From Elsinoe ampelina (taxonomy: Eukaryota), in assembly GCA_010093995.1 (NCBI GenBank), contig ML992506.1, positions 913,196-977,195 on the forward strand: DNA of 64,000 nucleotides, given 5' to 3'. This document shows, piece by piece, positions 12,507 through 22,854 of this stretch. Both the position numbers and the translations under genes were made by a program. The stretch's first letter is position 1. Each line of letters starts with the position of its first letter. The notes under the pieces were generated by a model. It was not told the DNA's origin. It ran no database searches and was given only the letters and a program-made list of their open reading frames with translations.

Positions 12507-14251
12507 TCAGCGTATGGTCGAAGCATCGATGCCTGGAGTGCCAATCCCAGCGATTGACGAATCTATAGTCGTCTCATCTTGCTTTGCTGGACTCTCAGTC
12601 GGAGCCGGAGTCGACTCCGTTGATGCATTTGGGGCATTAGCTTTCCCTGCAGTAGCTGCACTCACTTCTGATGTTGCTGACGTGTTCGCTGTCTTTGTGT
12701 GACCATTGGGAACAACTGGAGTCTTGACAGCGGGTGGCCCGTCCTTTGCTTTATCAGACTTTGGCCCAGCTTTGTGCTTTGCGTCCGTCACAGCTCGAGG
12801 CTTGAGAGTTGTTGTCACGGGCTTTGAAGGCGCAGGCTTGGTCTCTGTCTTCTCGTGTGCTCTACTCGCAGAACTAGCAGTAGGTCGTGTCATTCTTGCG
12901 AGGAAGCCTTCATCTGCAACGACAGGCTTTGTATTGCTTGCTCGTGGCGCTGGCCGGGTCACTGTCGAGTTCGATCGCCCAAGACCACTCTTTGCGCTAT
13001 GCGTAGATGACTTGAGATCTCCCAGAGACGATCGCACAGATGACGTGCCGGAGACTTTACCAACCGGACCGGCTTTTGAAGCAGGCTTGCTATTTTCTGA
13101 CTTGGCAGCTGAAGCAGCCGTTGGTGCTGTGAGATGCGATGGCAGCTTTACTGGTCGTGTCGGAGATCGAGGCTTGGTCCGGATAGGTAGCCTGCCCCTG
13201 TCAGTCGGGTTTCTACACTTCATGCATCATGCACTTTGCAAACTTACGATTTGTCAGTGGAAGCATGTTTGTTAGAGTCTGATGCTGTCGGCTTGTTCTT
13301 TGCCGCAGAGGATGCAGTCTGGGCAGTGAGCGAGCTTCGGCCACCTCGAGAGACAGGCTTCGCTGATGATGAAGACTTCTCAGACGCCTTTGAATCTGAA
13401 GTCGTGGGTCGTGCTGGGCTTCGTGGCACTTCTGGCTTCGTCAGAGCAGGCGAAGCAGGCCCCTTGCTCTGTCTAAAGTTCAAAGAGGGCTTGGGCTTTG
13501 GTGTAAGCGTCTTGGATGGGGTATCCTGCTTGTTCTGCTTCGTGGCTGGACTAGCTGCAGCTCCTGCCGTACCAGACACATTGGCTCTTGAGGGCTTCTT
13601 GACCACGCTCTTCGGCGTGGATTGAACATCGGCACTTGTAGCAGTATTCGTCGGCTCAGCGGGTTTCAATGGTCCTGGCTCTTCTTCCCCACCGGTAGTC
13701 TGCTTGTCAGGGTTCCCCGCCGGGATGTCTTTTGTGGGCAAGGTTGATGCCATAGTTGGACCATTCACTGCTGGAGCTGACGGCTTCTGCTCTGTCTTCT
13801 CCGTATGATCTGACAGGTTCTTATTCGGACTGGTCAAGACATCCTCCGATTTCTGCTTCTCTACAGCTGGTGCGGGCTGGGTGATCGGATCGGTAGCTTG
13901 AGCTGGTGGAGCCTGGGTGATTGTTCCGTCTGCTCCTTGGGTCTTGTCCGATTGTTGTACTGCTGCTCCAGTGGTGTCGCTGCTACTGGTGTTGTGTCCA
14001 TTCTCTTGCTTGTCTCCTCCGTGTTCTGAGCCATCGACAACACTGCCTTCTCCTCCTACACTGCCACTAGCCAGGTCGCCAGGTCGATCGACCGACACGA
14101 AGCTTGCTCTTATTTTTGACACTTTGCGATCGCCATCTCCTCCTGCAGAAGATCGTCCACCTGGTGAAGAGCTGCGCTGCGCGTTGGCCTCTTGATTTTC
14201 AAACATTGCGCGTAGATTTTGTACGCCGCTATTTGGTCGATCCGTGGACAT
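12507..14251 (-). CDS. Uncharacterised disordered Ser/Thr/Pro/Lys-rich protein; intron 13192-13247
   Basis: ATG 14251 (MSTDRPNSGVQNLRAMFE). GTAAGT..CTGAC..GCAG intron joins the 375-aa and 238-aa ORFs in frame. Confidence 0.8.
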
Positions 14252-15196
14252 GACTGCAGCGGAACATTGGTCAGCAATGTGTGTGATGAACGTGGAGGAC
14301 GACTGCAGCATCTGAGGGCCTGAAAGCTGTATACAGAAACCATGGGTTGGTCCGGCAATTGTGAAACACAATTTCGTTCTGCGAGTCTAGCTCCATCCTT
14401 GAGGGCTGCTGTTTCAATTGACTTACATTGCAATATTGGAAAGATGTTATCGCCGTCGCTCCGAGTTCTGACTTCCGCGATACATTCGAGGTTGTACGGT
14501 CGAAATTTAATTGCTCGAGATGCGAGCTCGGCCAAATCAGACGACGTTGGAGAGCTCCCGTCCATCCTCGACCTTGCCAAGCAATCCACGAACCCCTGCA
14601 AGCGACGTCACATTTTGAGCTACCCTGCTGCATGGATCCCGTCTGTTCCTGAGCCACATCAACCACGCTTGTTGCTTCATTCATTCCATCTCTCATCGAC
14701 GTGTCCGTTCGTTCCTTGACCATTGAAGACCGCCCGGTTGCGAGGATGTAGACGGGCACATAGCCTTCATGCGGTCGACACCATGAAATCGCGCCGCAGT
14801 CGGAGGACCAGTCAGGCCACCATATTGGCAGTCGACTATGACCACGACATCTTCCACGCGTCTGAACCTCTTCAGAGCACATGTGTCAACTTCTAGCACA
14901 TCCAAGCTGAACCTGAAGCCGTTTTCCAGCAGTCTTTCGCAGGCCCGGATTCTTCACCAAAAGCGGACGAACCGAACTCCACCGACTACCTAATCGGGCT
15001 ATCAATCCTCCTCCCAAGCACAACTTTCACGAAAATTGTTCATACTGACCACAACGGTCTGTTCCCTTTCTTACGAATGTCGCGATGAAATAGGATCGAA
15101 TTCCTGGTAGGTATCACGCAATTTTCAGGTGACAGACACATTTCGTCTCTTTCCTTTATCACCTAGTTTCTGACCAGCACCTGCTCGTCTTGCAAC

Positions 15197-16333
15197 ATGC
15201 GCCGTAGCACCTCTCTCTTCTCTTGCTTGCCGTGCTGTACCACGCCTGGGTCTGCAGCTAAGCGAACACGAGCATCTGCGTCCACAGCACAGCACGAGAA
15301 TGTTGTAATACGGCTGGAAGCGCACCAGCAACAACGCACCGCGGTCAATGATCTTGATTCATTCCTTGTCGTCCTCGACATGACGGTCAATGCAACGAAT
15401 ACGCTTTTCGAAAGTCTCGAGGTAGAGATTCAACGCATCATCACGTCGAAGAAGGCAACGAGGAAGCAATGCAAAGACTGTGTCGCGGACGTACAAACCA
15501 TCAGGAAATGCAATGTCATTCCAGGTCCACAGTCCTTCTCGGTTGGGACACACAAGTCATCTGCGACACTGGACATACCTTCAGGAAGCCCAGCAACACT
15601 CACAAGTAAGCATCACTCAATCGAATATCAGATCATCGCGACAGCCCTACTTAAGGACGGCTTAACCATCTCGACCATCGAACCAATCACCTTCACTCCA
15701 ACCACTGCCCAGGCTCCCAAGACATTGACCCGCAGAACCGCCTACACCGAATTCGACATCGACATCACCCTCCCGCAATCCATCCACACAGGCAACACCT
15801 TCCCATGCTCCGTCGTTCTCAACACCCACACGAAAGAAGCGCCCAATCGCCACAGACGATGGTCAATCCGCCGCCTAGACTGGCGCATCGAAGAGCACGA
15901 GACCAGCACCTCATCCTCTTGTGCCCAACACAAAAGTGACACCAAGCCATCGATCTCGACCTCCACACGCACCCTCTCCTCGGGCGAAGCTGAGCTCTCT
16001 CGGAGACCCGATACCGAGCTGGCAGACAACACGACGGAGAAATTCTTGGCAAGTCTTTCCACTCGCAATAATCCTTCACCGGACGCTCATCTCCCTGACC
16101 GATTCCGGGTCTCGCACACCATTGCGCTGGAGCTGTTGGTCGCAGAGGTACCGACAGGACCAGATGGGTTGTCCCGCACTGGCTCGTCGGGCGTGGTGAG
16201 GATCCTGAAGCCAAAATTTGATGTCGTGGTGGCGCCGAGTGTTCCGGCGGAGTTGGTGGGTGGTGCTGAAAGGGGGCAGACGCCGCCGAGGTATAATCAT
16301 GACGGGGAGGCGCCGCCTGCGTATGATGGATGA
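15197..16333 (+). CDS. Alpha-arrestin of the Ldb19/Art1 type (divergent) with C-terminal PY motifs
   Basis: KK...CKDC segment, W..RRLDWRIEEH...C..H and HTIALELLVAE..G.VRIL..KF blocks typical of Ldb19. PPRY and PPAY lie at the C-terminus. Confidence 0.78.
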   Translation: MRRSTSLFSCLPCCTTPGSAAKRTRASASTAQHENVVIRLEAHQQQRTAVNDLDSFLVVLDMTVNATNTLFESLEVEIQRIITSKKATRKQCKDCVADVQTIRKCNVIPGPQSFSVGTHKSSATLDIPSGSPATLTSKHHSIEYQIIATALLKDGLTISTIEPITFTPTTAQAPKTLTRRTAYTEFDIDITLPQSIHTGNTFPCSVVLNTHTKEAPNRHRRWSIRRLDWRIEEHETSTSSSCAQHKSDTKPSISTSTRTLSSGEAELSRRPDTELADNTTEKFLASLSTRNNPSPDAHLPDRFRVSHTIALELLVAEVPTGPDGLSRTGSSGVVRILKPKFDVVVAPSVPAELVGGAERGQTPPRYNHDGEAPPAYDG

Positions 16334-16494
16334 GTGGAGGCGTGAGTGGGCTGATGGTGCGAGGGGATTTTATATTTGGGTTTTGGGCTGGCGTTTCTCG
16401 TTCGCGCGGAGGTCGGGTCTGACGTTACAAGGATGGGATATACCCTTGGACTTTGCGATCGTTGATACATTAATTCTCAATACATTTCCAACTC

Positions 16495-18715
16495 CTAGCC
16501 AAACAAGGTCATCAACCCACTGCTGTTCATCACAGAGATCCAATGCGTCTCTGGCTTCCCGTCGTCATATTCGTCCCATATCGTCTTGACTAGCTTCAGT
16601 GCCACCGAGATAGGCTGGGGTGGTAGGACGCCTTGTAGCATGTTCAGCCGTTCGGTGACGAAGCGCCGTCCCTCGGCGACGTCGAGCATGTGCTGTGATA
16701 AAGTTATATCGTTTGTGTCGAGTTCTTCCGAGTTCTCGAGAGTATCGGCGAAGTCGGGGTTGAGGATTTCAGGTTGATTATCTGTTTGAGGTACCATGGA
16801 GGATGGTAACGGGAATGCGTCATCGAAGGAGAAGAGGCATGGAAATGGTTGCGTCGATGATGCGCTGTCTGCTTCGAAACGAAGGCCAATGGCAGCTGAT
16901 ATATACAAGAGGAGTTGGCAGGATCTGGATCGAGATTCAGTTGATATGCGCTTTAGTACTGATAGTTGGTGTAGAGCAAGGCGGGAGAGCAGCAGATGTC
17001 GTGACTGAGCTTCGAAAGTGCCTGAGGACTTTGATGATGTATCGATTGAGTCATGAGCAAGAGCATGCTGACAATTCAGATCTGTGAATGTTTCGTAGAG
17101 ATGAAGTAGGGCAGCCAGCCGAGTTGCTTCTGCTACATCAAATAGGTGCTCCACAGGAGTATAGACGTCGCCCGTCTCCGCAATGTGGCTACCATCAAAG
17201 TTGCGACGAGCTCGTGACGAGGTGAAGTCAATGTTCAATAGCTTCTGCTCGAGACCATGAGCAAGCTCAATGTCGTACATTGCAGCCCTCAAGCTGCTGA
17301 CAGTAGGCATATCGTGCTTTTTGTGTCTCGCAACATGCCGATGACAAAGTCGTACAGCAAGACTGAAGTGCTCCACAATGTCGGTAGATGCACCTGTCCA
17401 AGGATGTAATATCAGCTGTTGGGGACCTGCCAGGCTTACTGAAGCTTGCGACGAGCTACTAGATGCCGCTGTCGAATTTGATGGGTGCGACCGGTCTTTC
17501 GCATGTGTTTCTCCAATGTCATCGATCCCTTCGCCTACCAGATCGTGCAGCATGTTCCACCATATAAGCGCTTGACGAAAGTAAAAAGCGTCGGCTCGAC
17601 TCTTGTCATCCATACTGGCAATGTCATCCTCGAACTGGCGAAGGATATCCCTAGCTAGAGAGATGTACCACTTGCTTAGCTTCAACGGGTCCCTCCAGTG
17701 GTATGACGTTCCCATGGCAAACAAGGCAAACAACAGCCCGGAAGGTAGTGATCTCGACGACGCATTGACCGTGGACAAAGATGCCATGTCTTTTGATATG
17801 GCGTCCCAAGCTCTCTTCGTCAAGCCGGGCAACTTCCGCTTCAAGGCTGGCAAGCTGTCCGCAAGGTACGATGCGGACATCGCTTGTAACGTATAGAAAG
17901 CAGATTCAGAATGAGCCCACACGTTCGAGGCGAGCATACGGTTGTGATTGGTCGCGGAATCGAAGACGGACCACATCGGGCAAATCGATGCGAACCAGTA
18001 ATTTACGAGAAAGGACGGGAGATCCAGTATTGTCTTTGGAATGGATGGCCTGGTATCATGCCAAGGTACCAGGTGGTGTGTCTGATCGTGTGGTACGTCG
18101 TCTGGCAAAGACGAAGGAAGGGATATGAAATCAGAAAAAGCAGGAGAGCCCTCCTCGATCTGATCAGCATTGACACCATCCTGCGTGTTGAATCCTTGTG
18201 TGCTGATTATGTGTATGGGGCCTTCAGTAAGTGCATCCGACGATCGCCAGGACCCGTCACATGATTGTGTTCTTGTACGTTCAGACGGGGATGTGTCGTG
18301 ATCGGTCGTGGTTGATGCCCATCGTAGCTCCTGCGATTTCGAGCTACGCCTTGATGGGCCATGATGCCGAGCAGGTGTGCTCTCGGTAGCTGATGGCGAT
18401 ATCGTTATCGAAGGGTCTGCCGTTGACCAGAAAGATGTGGGCAAGTTGGCGCTATCAAAGTCTGCGTACTTGGCTGAAGATTTGAACTCGACCTTGTATC
18501 CGGGGCATACCACACCCCTGCGCGAGCATTGATCGCACGCAGGCTTCGTTTCATCGCACTTGAGCTGCTCAATTCAGTACATGCCGGGGATCGTGCAATG
18601 GTCATCATACCCGTTTGCTTTTGCATCTTTGACATCCACCACGCGACTTGGTCTGCTTCGCCACCCTACTTTGCGTACTCGCTTGTGGGTGTCCGCCGCT
18701 TGTCTTCGGTGGCAT
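16495..18715 (-). CDS. Zn(II)2Cys6 transcription factor with fungal-specific TF domain; intron 18565-18610
   Basis: Splicing restores KSRGG-CQRCKSKR|LKCDETKPACDQCSRRGVVCPGY. ETGD..TP..H and HPWTG motifs lie in the C-terminal domain. Confidence 0.9.
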
Positions 18716-19622
18716 GCCCGTATGATTCAGCGCGCTGATCGAAGAGTATTCGGAAGGCTATCTGGATTATGCATTGTGAATAATACCAGTGAAACGGTTC
18801 GTGATGTTCTGGACGAAAGTGGCACTGAATCTTCTGGCGTCTTCCGGGGCCCCTCAGCACATTGATCAGACGACTTTGCAATTACGTATGATCGGAAGTA
18901 TACTGAACGTCGATCAGAGAAGCTCATATGGTTACGGCGTTATTGCACCGCCGTTGCGGTCGATGAGGTTGAGCAGATGCAGACACTGCCCTCCAGCCAC
19001 AAATCTCAGCCACAATTATGTGGCGCGCTCCGCCCTAAAGGATTCGCGTATTCCACGAGAGCCCTGATCTTCCATTTCTACTTGGTGACGCGGCCAGAAC
19101 CTTCCCATGTCACCAGGACGGGAGAGTATTCTTCCTTGACCATAGCATTGTCACGTTCTTTTCATTTCAGACCGGGAAATCATCTTCCATCCAGCACCAA
19201 CTATCTGCGTCAATCGGAAATCTTCCTCGGCTCCACCTCCAATACCCCCCTTCTCAGGAATACCACCAGGCTTGATACCTCTTCGAATGTATCGCCTGCC
19301 AGCACTAACACAAGGGCCGACGATCTTCCGATCGATGAGCATGTTTCTTTAGCGTGCATCAGCTTGCGAGTGTCTACCTCGCTTCGTCCAAATGTCGGGT
19401 CATTGCTTTCGGATCCGACGTCGGTTCACCAAAATAATGTCAAGAGCCGTATTAGTGATCTGACAGAGGGGTGGACCTACGTAAGCGTGTAGCGCGTCAC
19501 GGTCATCTTGCATCAGATTAGATTTTCTCGCAAACGGATGTTAGGCACAGTAGTAGGCTAAAGGTGAATAGGGTTGTGTATGTGGCTGTAGCAGTGAAGG
19601 TAGGTCCACGAAGTGCCTCGTG

Positions 19623-19630
19623 TATAAAAG
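19623..19630 (+). promoter_or_regulatory. TATA box of tannase gene
   Basis: TATAAAAG about 60 nt upstream of ATG 19686. Confidence 0.6.
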
Positions 19631-19685
19631 CACTCATGTCCAGTATCCCGGGTCTCATGTCGCATCCCCATCTCAGGAGAGAATC

Positions 19686-21419
19686 ATGCAGAAAACACTT
19701 TCACTGATCATCGGCCTTTGTGCTGCCTCCAATGCTGCGACTCTGGCAGATCTTTGCACTACATCCCACGTCAAGAGTTCAGTCCCAGCTGATGGCGATA
19801 TTACTGGCATCACCATAGACACCTCTTCGATCTCTGCTGCTCCGGTCTACAACACCAGCGTTGCAGGACAGGAGTTCTACCCTGATGCGATCTTCGAATA
19901 CTGCAACATATCCTTCGCTTACAGCCACAACGGCAGGGATGACCAGGTTCTGCTTCAGTACTGGCTTCCAAGCCCCGCAAACTTCCAGAATCGCTATCTT
20001 GCAACTGGAGGTGGAGGGCTCGCCATCTCATCCGGAACACAGTCACTGCCAGGAGGTATCATCTATGGTGCCGCTGCTGGTACCACAGACGGCGGATTCG
20101 GCGGCTTCAATGCGAATTTCGGACAAGTGTTTCTTCTCGCCAACGGCACTATTAACTACGAAGCACTATACATGTTCGGCTACCGAGCTATCGGTGAGGC
20201 CACTCAGATAGGCCTTGCCTTGACCAAGAACTTTTACGACACCTCGGACAAAGTCTACGCTTACTACCAAGGATGTTCCGAAGGCGGAAGGGAAGGTTGG
20301 TCACAAGTTCAGAAGTACGGCAACCTCTACGATGGTGTCATCGCCGGCGCTCCAGCATTCCGCTATGGCCAACAACAAGTCAATCACCTTACCTCGAACG
20401 TCATCGAGAAGACAATCGGCTACTACCCACCACCATGTGAGTTTGAAGCCATCCTCAACGCCACCATCGCCTTTTGCGACCCTCTCGACGGCCTCACCGA
20501 CGGCGTAGTCTCCCGCACCGATCTCTGCCTCCTCCACTTCAACATCAACTCCACCATCGGCGTGCCCTACACCTGCGCCGCCAGCTCAGGAGGCGGCAGC
20601 TCCTTCGGCCCCGGCGGTGGCATCGCCCTACCCGCCCAAAACGGCACCGTCACCCCCCAAGCCGCCGCCGTCGTCAGCGCCATCATCGCCGGCCTCCACG
20701 ACACCTCAGGCAAACAGGCCTACATCTCCTACCAGCCCTCCTCCGGCTTCTCCGACGCCCAAACAAGCTACAACACCAACACCTCCACCTGGGGTCTCTC
20801 CATCTCCTCCCTCGGCGGCGAATGGATCACCCGCTTCCTCCAGCTCACGAGCGCCAGCACCCTCCCCTCCCTCGACGGCGTCACCTACGACACCCTCCGC
20901 GACTGGATGCAGCTCGGATGGCAGCGCTACGAAGACGTACTGCAGACGACTTGGCCCGACCTGAGCGAGTTCCGCGACAACGGCGGGAAGGTCCTCACGT
21001 TCCACGGCGAAAGCGATGACTCGATCCCCGCGGGCAGCTCGGTGCACTACCACGAGAGCGTGAGGGGTATCATGTACCCTGAGCTCGACTTCAATGCTTC
21101 CACCGAAGCGTTGGGGGAGTGGTATAGATTATTCCTCGTGCCGGGAGCGGCGCACTGTGCGCCGAACACGAAGCAGGTGAATGGCCCGTTTCCGCAGACG
21201 AATTTGGCCGTGTTGATTGATTGGGTGGAGAAGGGGGTTGTGCCGGCGACGTTGAATGCGACGGTGTTGCAGGGAAGTAGGAAGGGGGAGAATGCGCAGA
21301 TTTGTGCGTGGCCTTTGAGGCCGTTGTGGGAGGGTGGGGAGATGGGGTGTGTTTATGATCAGGGGAGTGTTGATACTTGGAAGTATAAGTTTGATGCTTA
21401 TAAGTTGCCACTGTATTGA
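19686..21419 (+). CDS. Secreted tannase / feruloyl esterase (tannase family)
   Basis: Signal peptide MQKTLSLIIGLCAASNA. CS-D-HC catalytic set: GCSEGGREG, HGESDDSIP, PGAAHC. Confidence 0.93.
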   Translation: MQKTLSLIIGLCAASNAATLADLCTTSHVKSSVPADGDITGITIDTSSISAAPVYNTSVAGQEFYPDAIFEYCNISFAYSHNGRDDQVLLQYWLPSPANFQNRYLATGGGGLAISSGTQSLPGGIIYGAAAGTTDGGFGGFNANFGQVFLLANGTINYEALYMFGYRAIGEATQIGLALTKNFYDTSDKVYAYYQGCSEGGREGWSQVQKYGNLYDGVIAGAPAFRYGQQQVNHLTSNVIEKTIGYYPPPCEFEAILNATIAFCDPLDGLTDGVVSRTDLCLLHFNINSTIGVPYTCAASSGGGSSFGPGGGIALPAQNGTVTPQAAAVVSAIIAGLHDTSGKQAYISYQPSSGFSDAQTSYNTNTSTWGLSISSLGGEWITRFLQLTSASTLPSLDGVTYDTLRDWMQLGWQRYEDVLQTTWPDLSEFRDNGGKVLTFHGESDDSIPAGSSVHYHESVRGIMYPELDFNASTEALGEWYRLFLVPGAAHCAPNTKQVNGPFPQTNLAVLIDWVEKGVVPATLNATVLQGSRKGENAQICAWPLRPLWEGGEMGCVYDQGSVDTWKYKFDAYKLPLY

Positions 21420-21843
21420 GTTGGGGAGGAAGAGAGAAAGGGAGGAGGCAGATGGGGAGGTGTGATGGAAAGGGGTGTGATGAAAGAAGCGTTCGTCGTT
21501 GCTTGGTAGCAGGTCACGAATTAGTAGAGCTCGTCTTTTCAGTTCAACATGTGATGCCAAAGACGCGTGTAAAAAGATCTTCATGGTCCCCTTCGAACAG
21601 CAATGGCGGGCGTCCTTATTTTCACTGTCAAACGCTGGCGCTGCTCCGAGAAAGCATTTGTTGTGTCATGTGATGTATTCGATCAGCTACGTCCCACGTC
21701 TCCTGCCAGTCAACATCTACGCCACGAGTCTAACATAATCTCGGGTGATGTCGCCAGACTGGGGATAACCATTCATTCAGCTGCTCGCAAGTTTTGAATC
21801 TTTGAAACTCCTGTATTGGATGCACCTCCATACCCATAGACAT

Positions 21844-22524
21844 CTAGAACTTCGAGAAAACCTTGACCTTCTGCGAGCCAGTCCTTGGCTGGACACGGAG
21901 GACATTGAAGCGGACCTGGCAGGTTTGTTAGCTGGCTGAAGCGAATCCAATTGAGGATCCTGGCTTACGGTCTTGGAGAGAGGACGGCACTGGCCGACGG
22001 TGACCTGATCACCATCCTCGACACGGAAAGCGGGAGAGACGTGTGCGGCGAGATTCTTGTGGCGCTTCTCGTAACGGGAGTACTTTGGTACGAAGTGGAG
22101 GTATTCTCGGCGGAGGACGAGCGTGCGGTGCATCTTGGTCGATACAACAGTGCCGGTCAAGATACGACCACGGATGGAGACGAGACCAGTGAATGGGCAC
22201 TTCTTGTCTGCACAGAATTAGTCTACCGCTTGTTGTGTTGCCTCGCTCTTTTCTATGCTGCGATTCCAGGCTTGGGACATTGCTTGTCTGTCGTGACCGC
22301 CCATGCCAAACCCTCCCTTTTTTCCAACCCAGATATCACGTACCAATGTAGCTGCCCTCAATGGCGGTCTTTGGTGTCCTGAAGCCGAGACCGACATCCT
22401 TGTACCATCTCCTGCCACCCTTTCCGACCCTCTTGGTCTTTCCGCTCTGGCGCTTTGCGTTGGTGAAGATGTGAGGCTGCTTCTGGTAAGCGCGTTCGCT
22501 CTGGACTGCCAATTCGGTGGCCAT
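21844..22524 (-). CDS. RPS11: 40S ribosomal protein S11 (uS17); introns 22208-22343 and 21916-21968
   Basis: [16 protein letters not shown]...[12 protein letters not shown]...RYEKRHKN...[14 protein letters not shown]...FSKF*. Confidence 0.97.
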
Positions 22525-22854
22525 GTTGTCGACTCGGGTATTGAATCGGAATGAGGCGTGTGGTGTATGTGGTGTCGACGACCTTGAAATTCGTGAAGTC
22601 TGAGGTTCCGCAAAGTCGAAATTCGTCGCAGTGTGTGGGGTCCGTGCTTCAGCTCGGTGAGCTGGATTTTGCAGTCGGCAGGTTCTGTTCGGTTGACCAC
22701 AAATTCATCTGGGAGAGATCGGCTTGATCGGTCCGTTTCCCCGATTGTTTACGGCGGGACCTCGCTTTGTTTTGTGGCTCGCGTCATATTGAGCTGTCCT
22801 ATACTACCACCATCTTTTTTGCTGCGGACATTGTATAGCGCACCCATCCTTACA

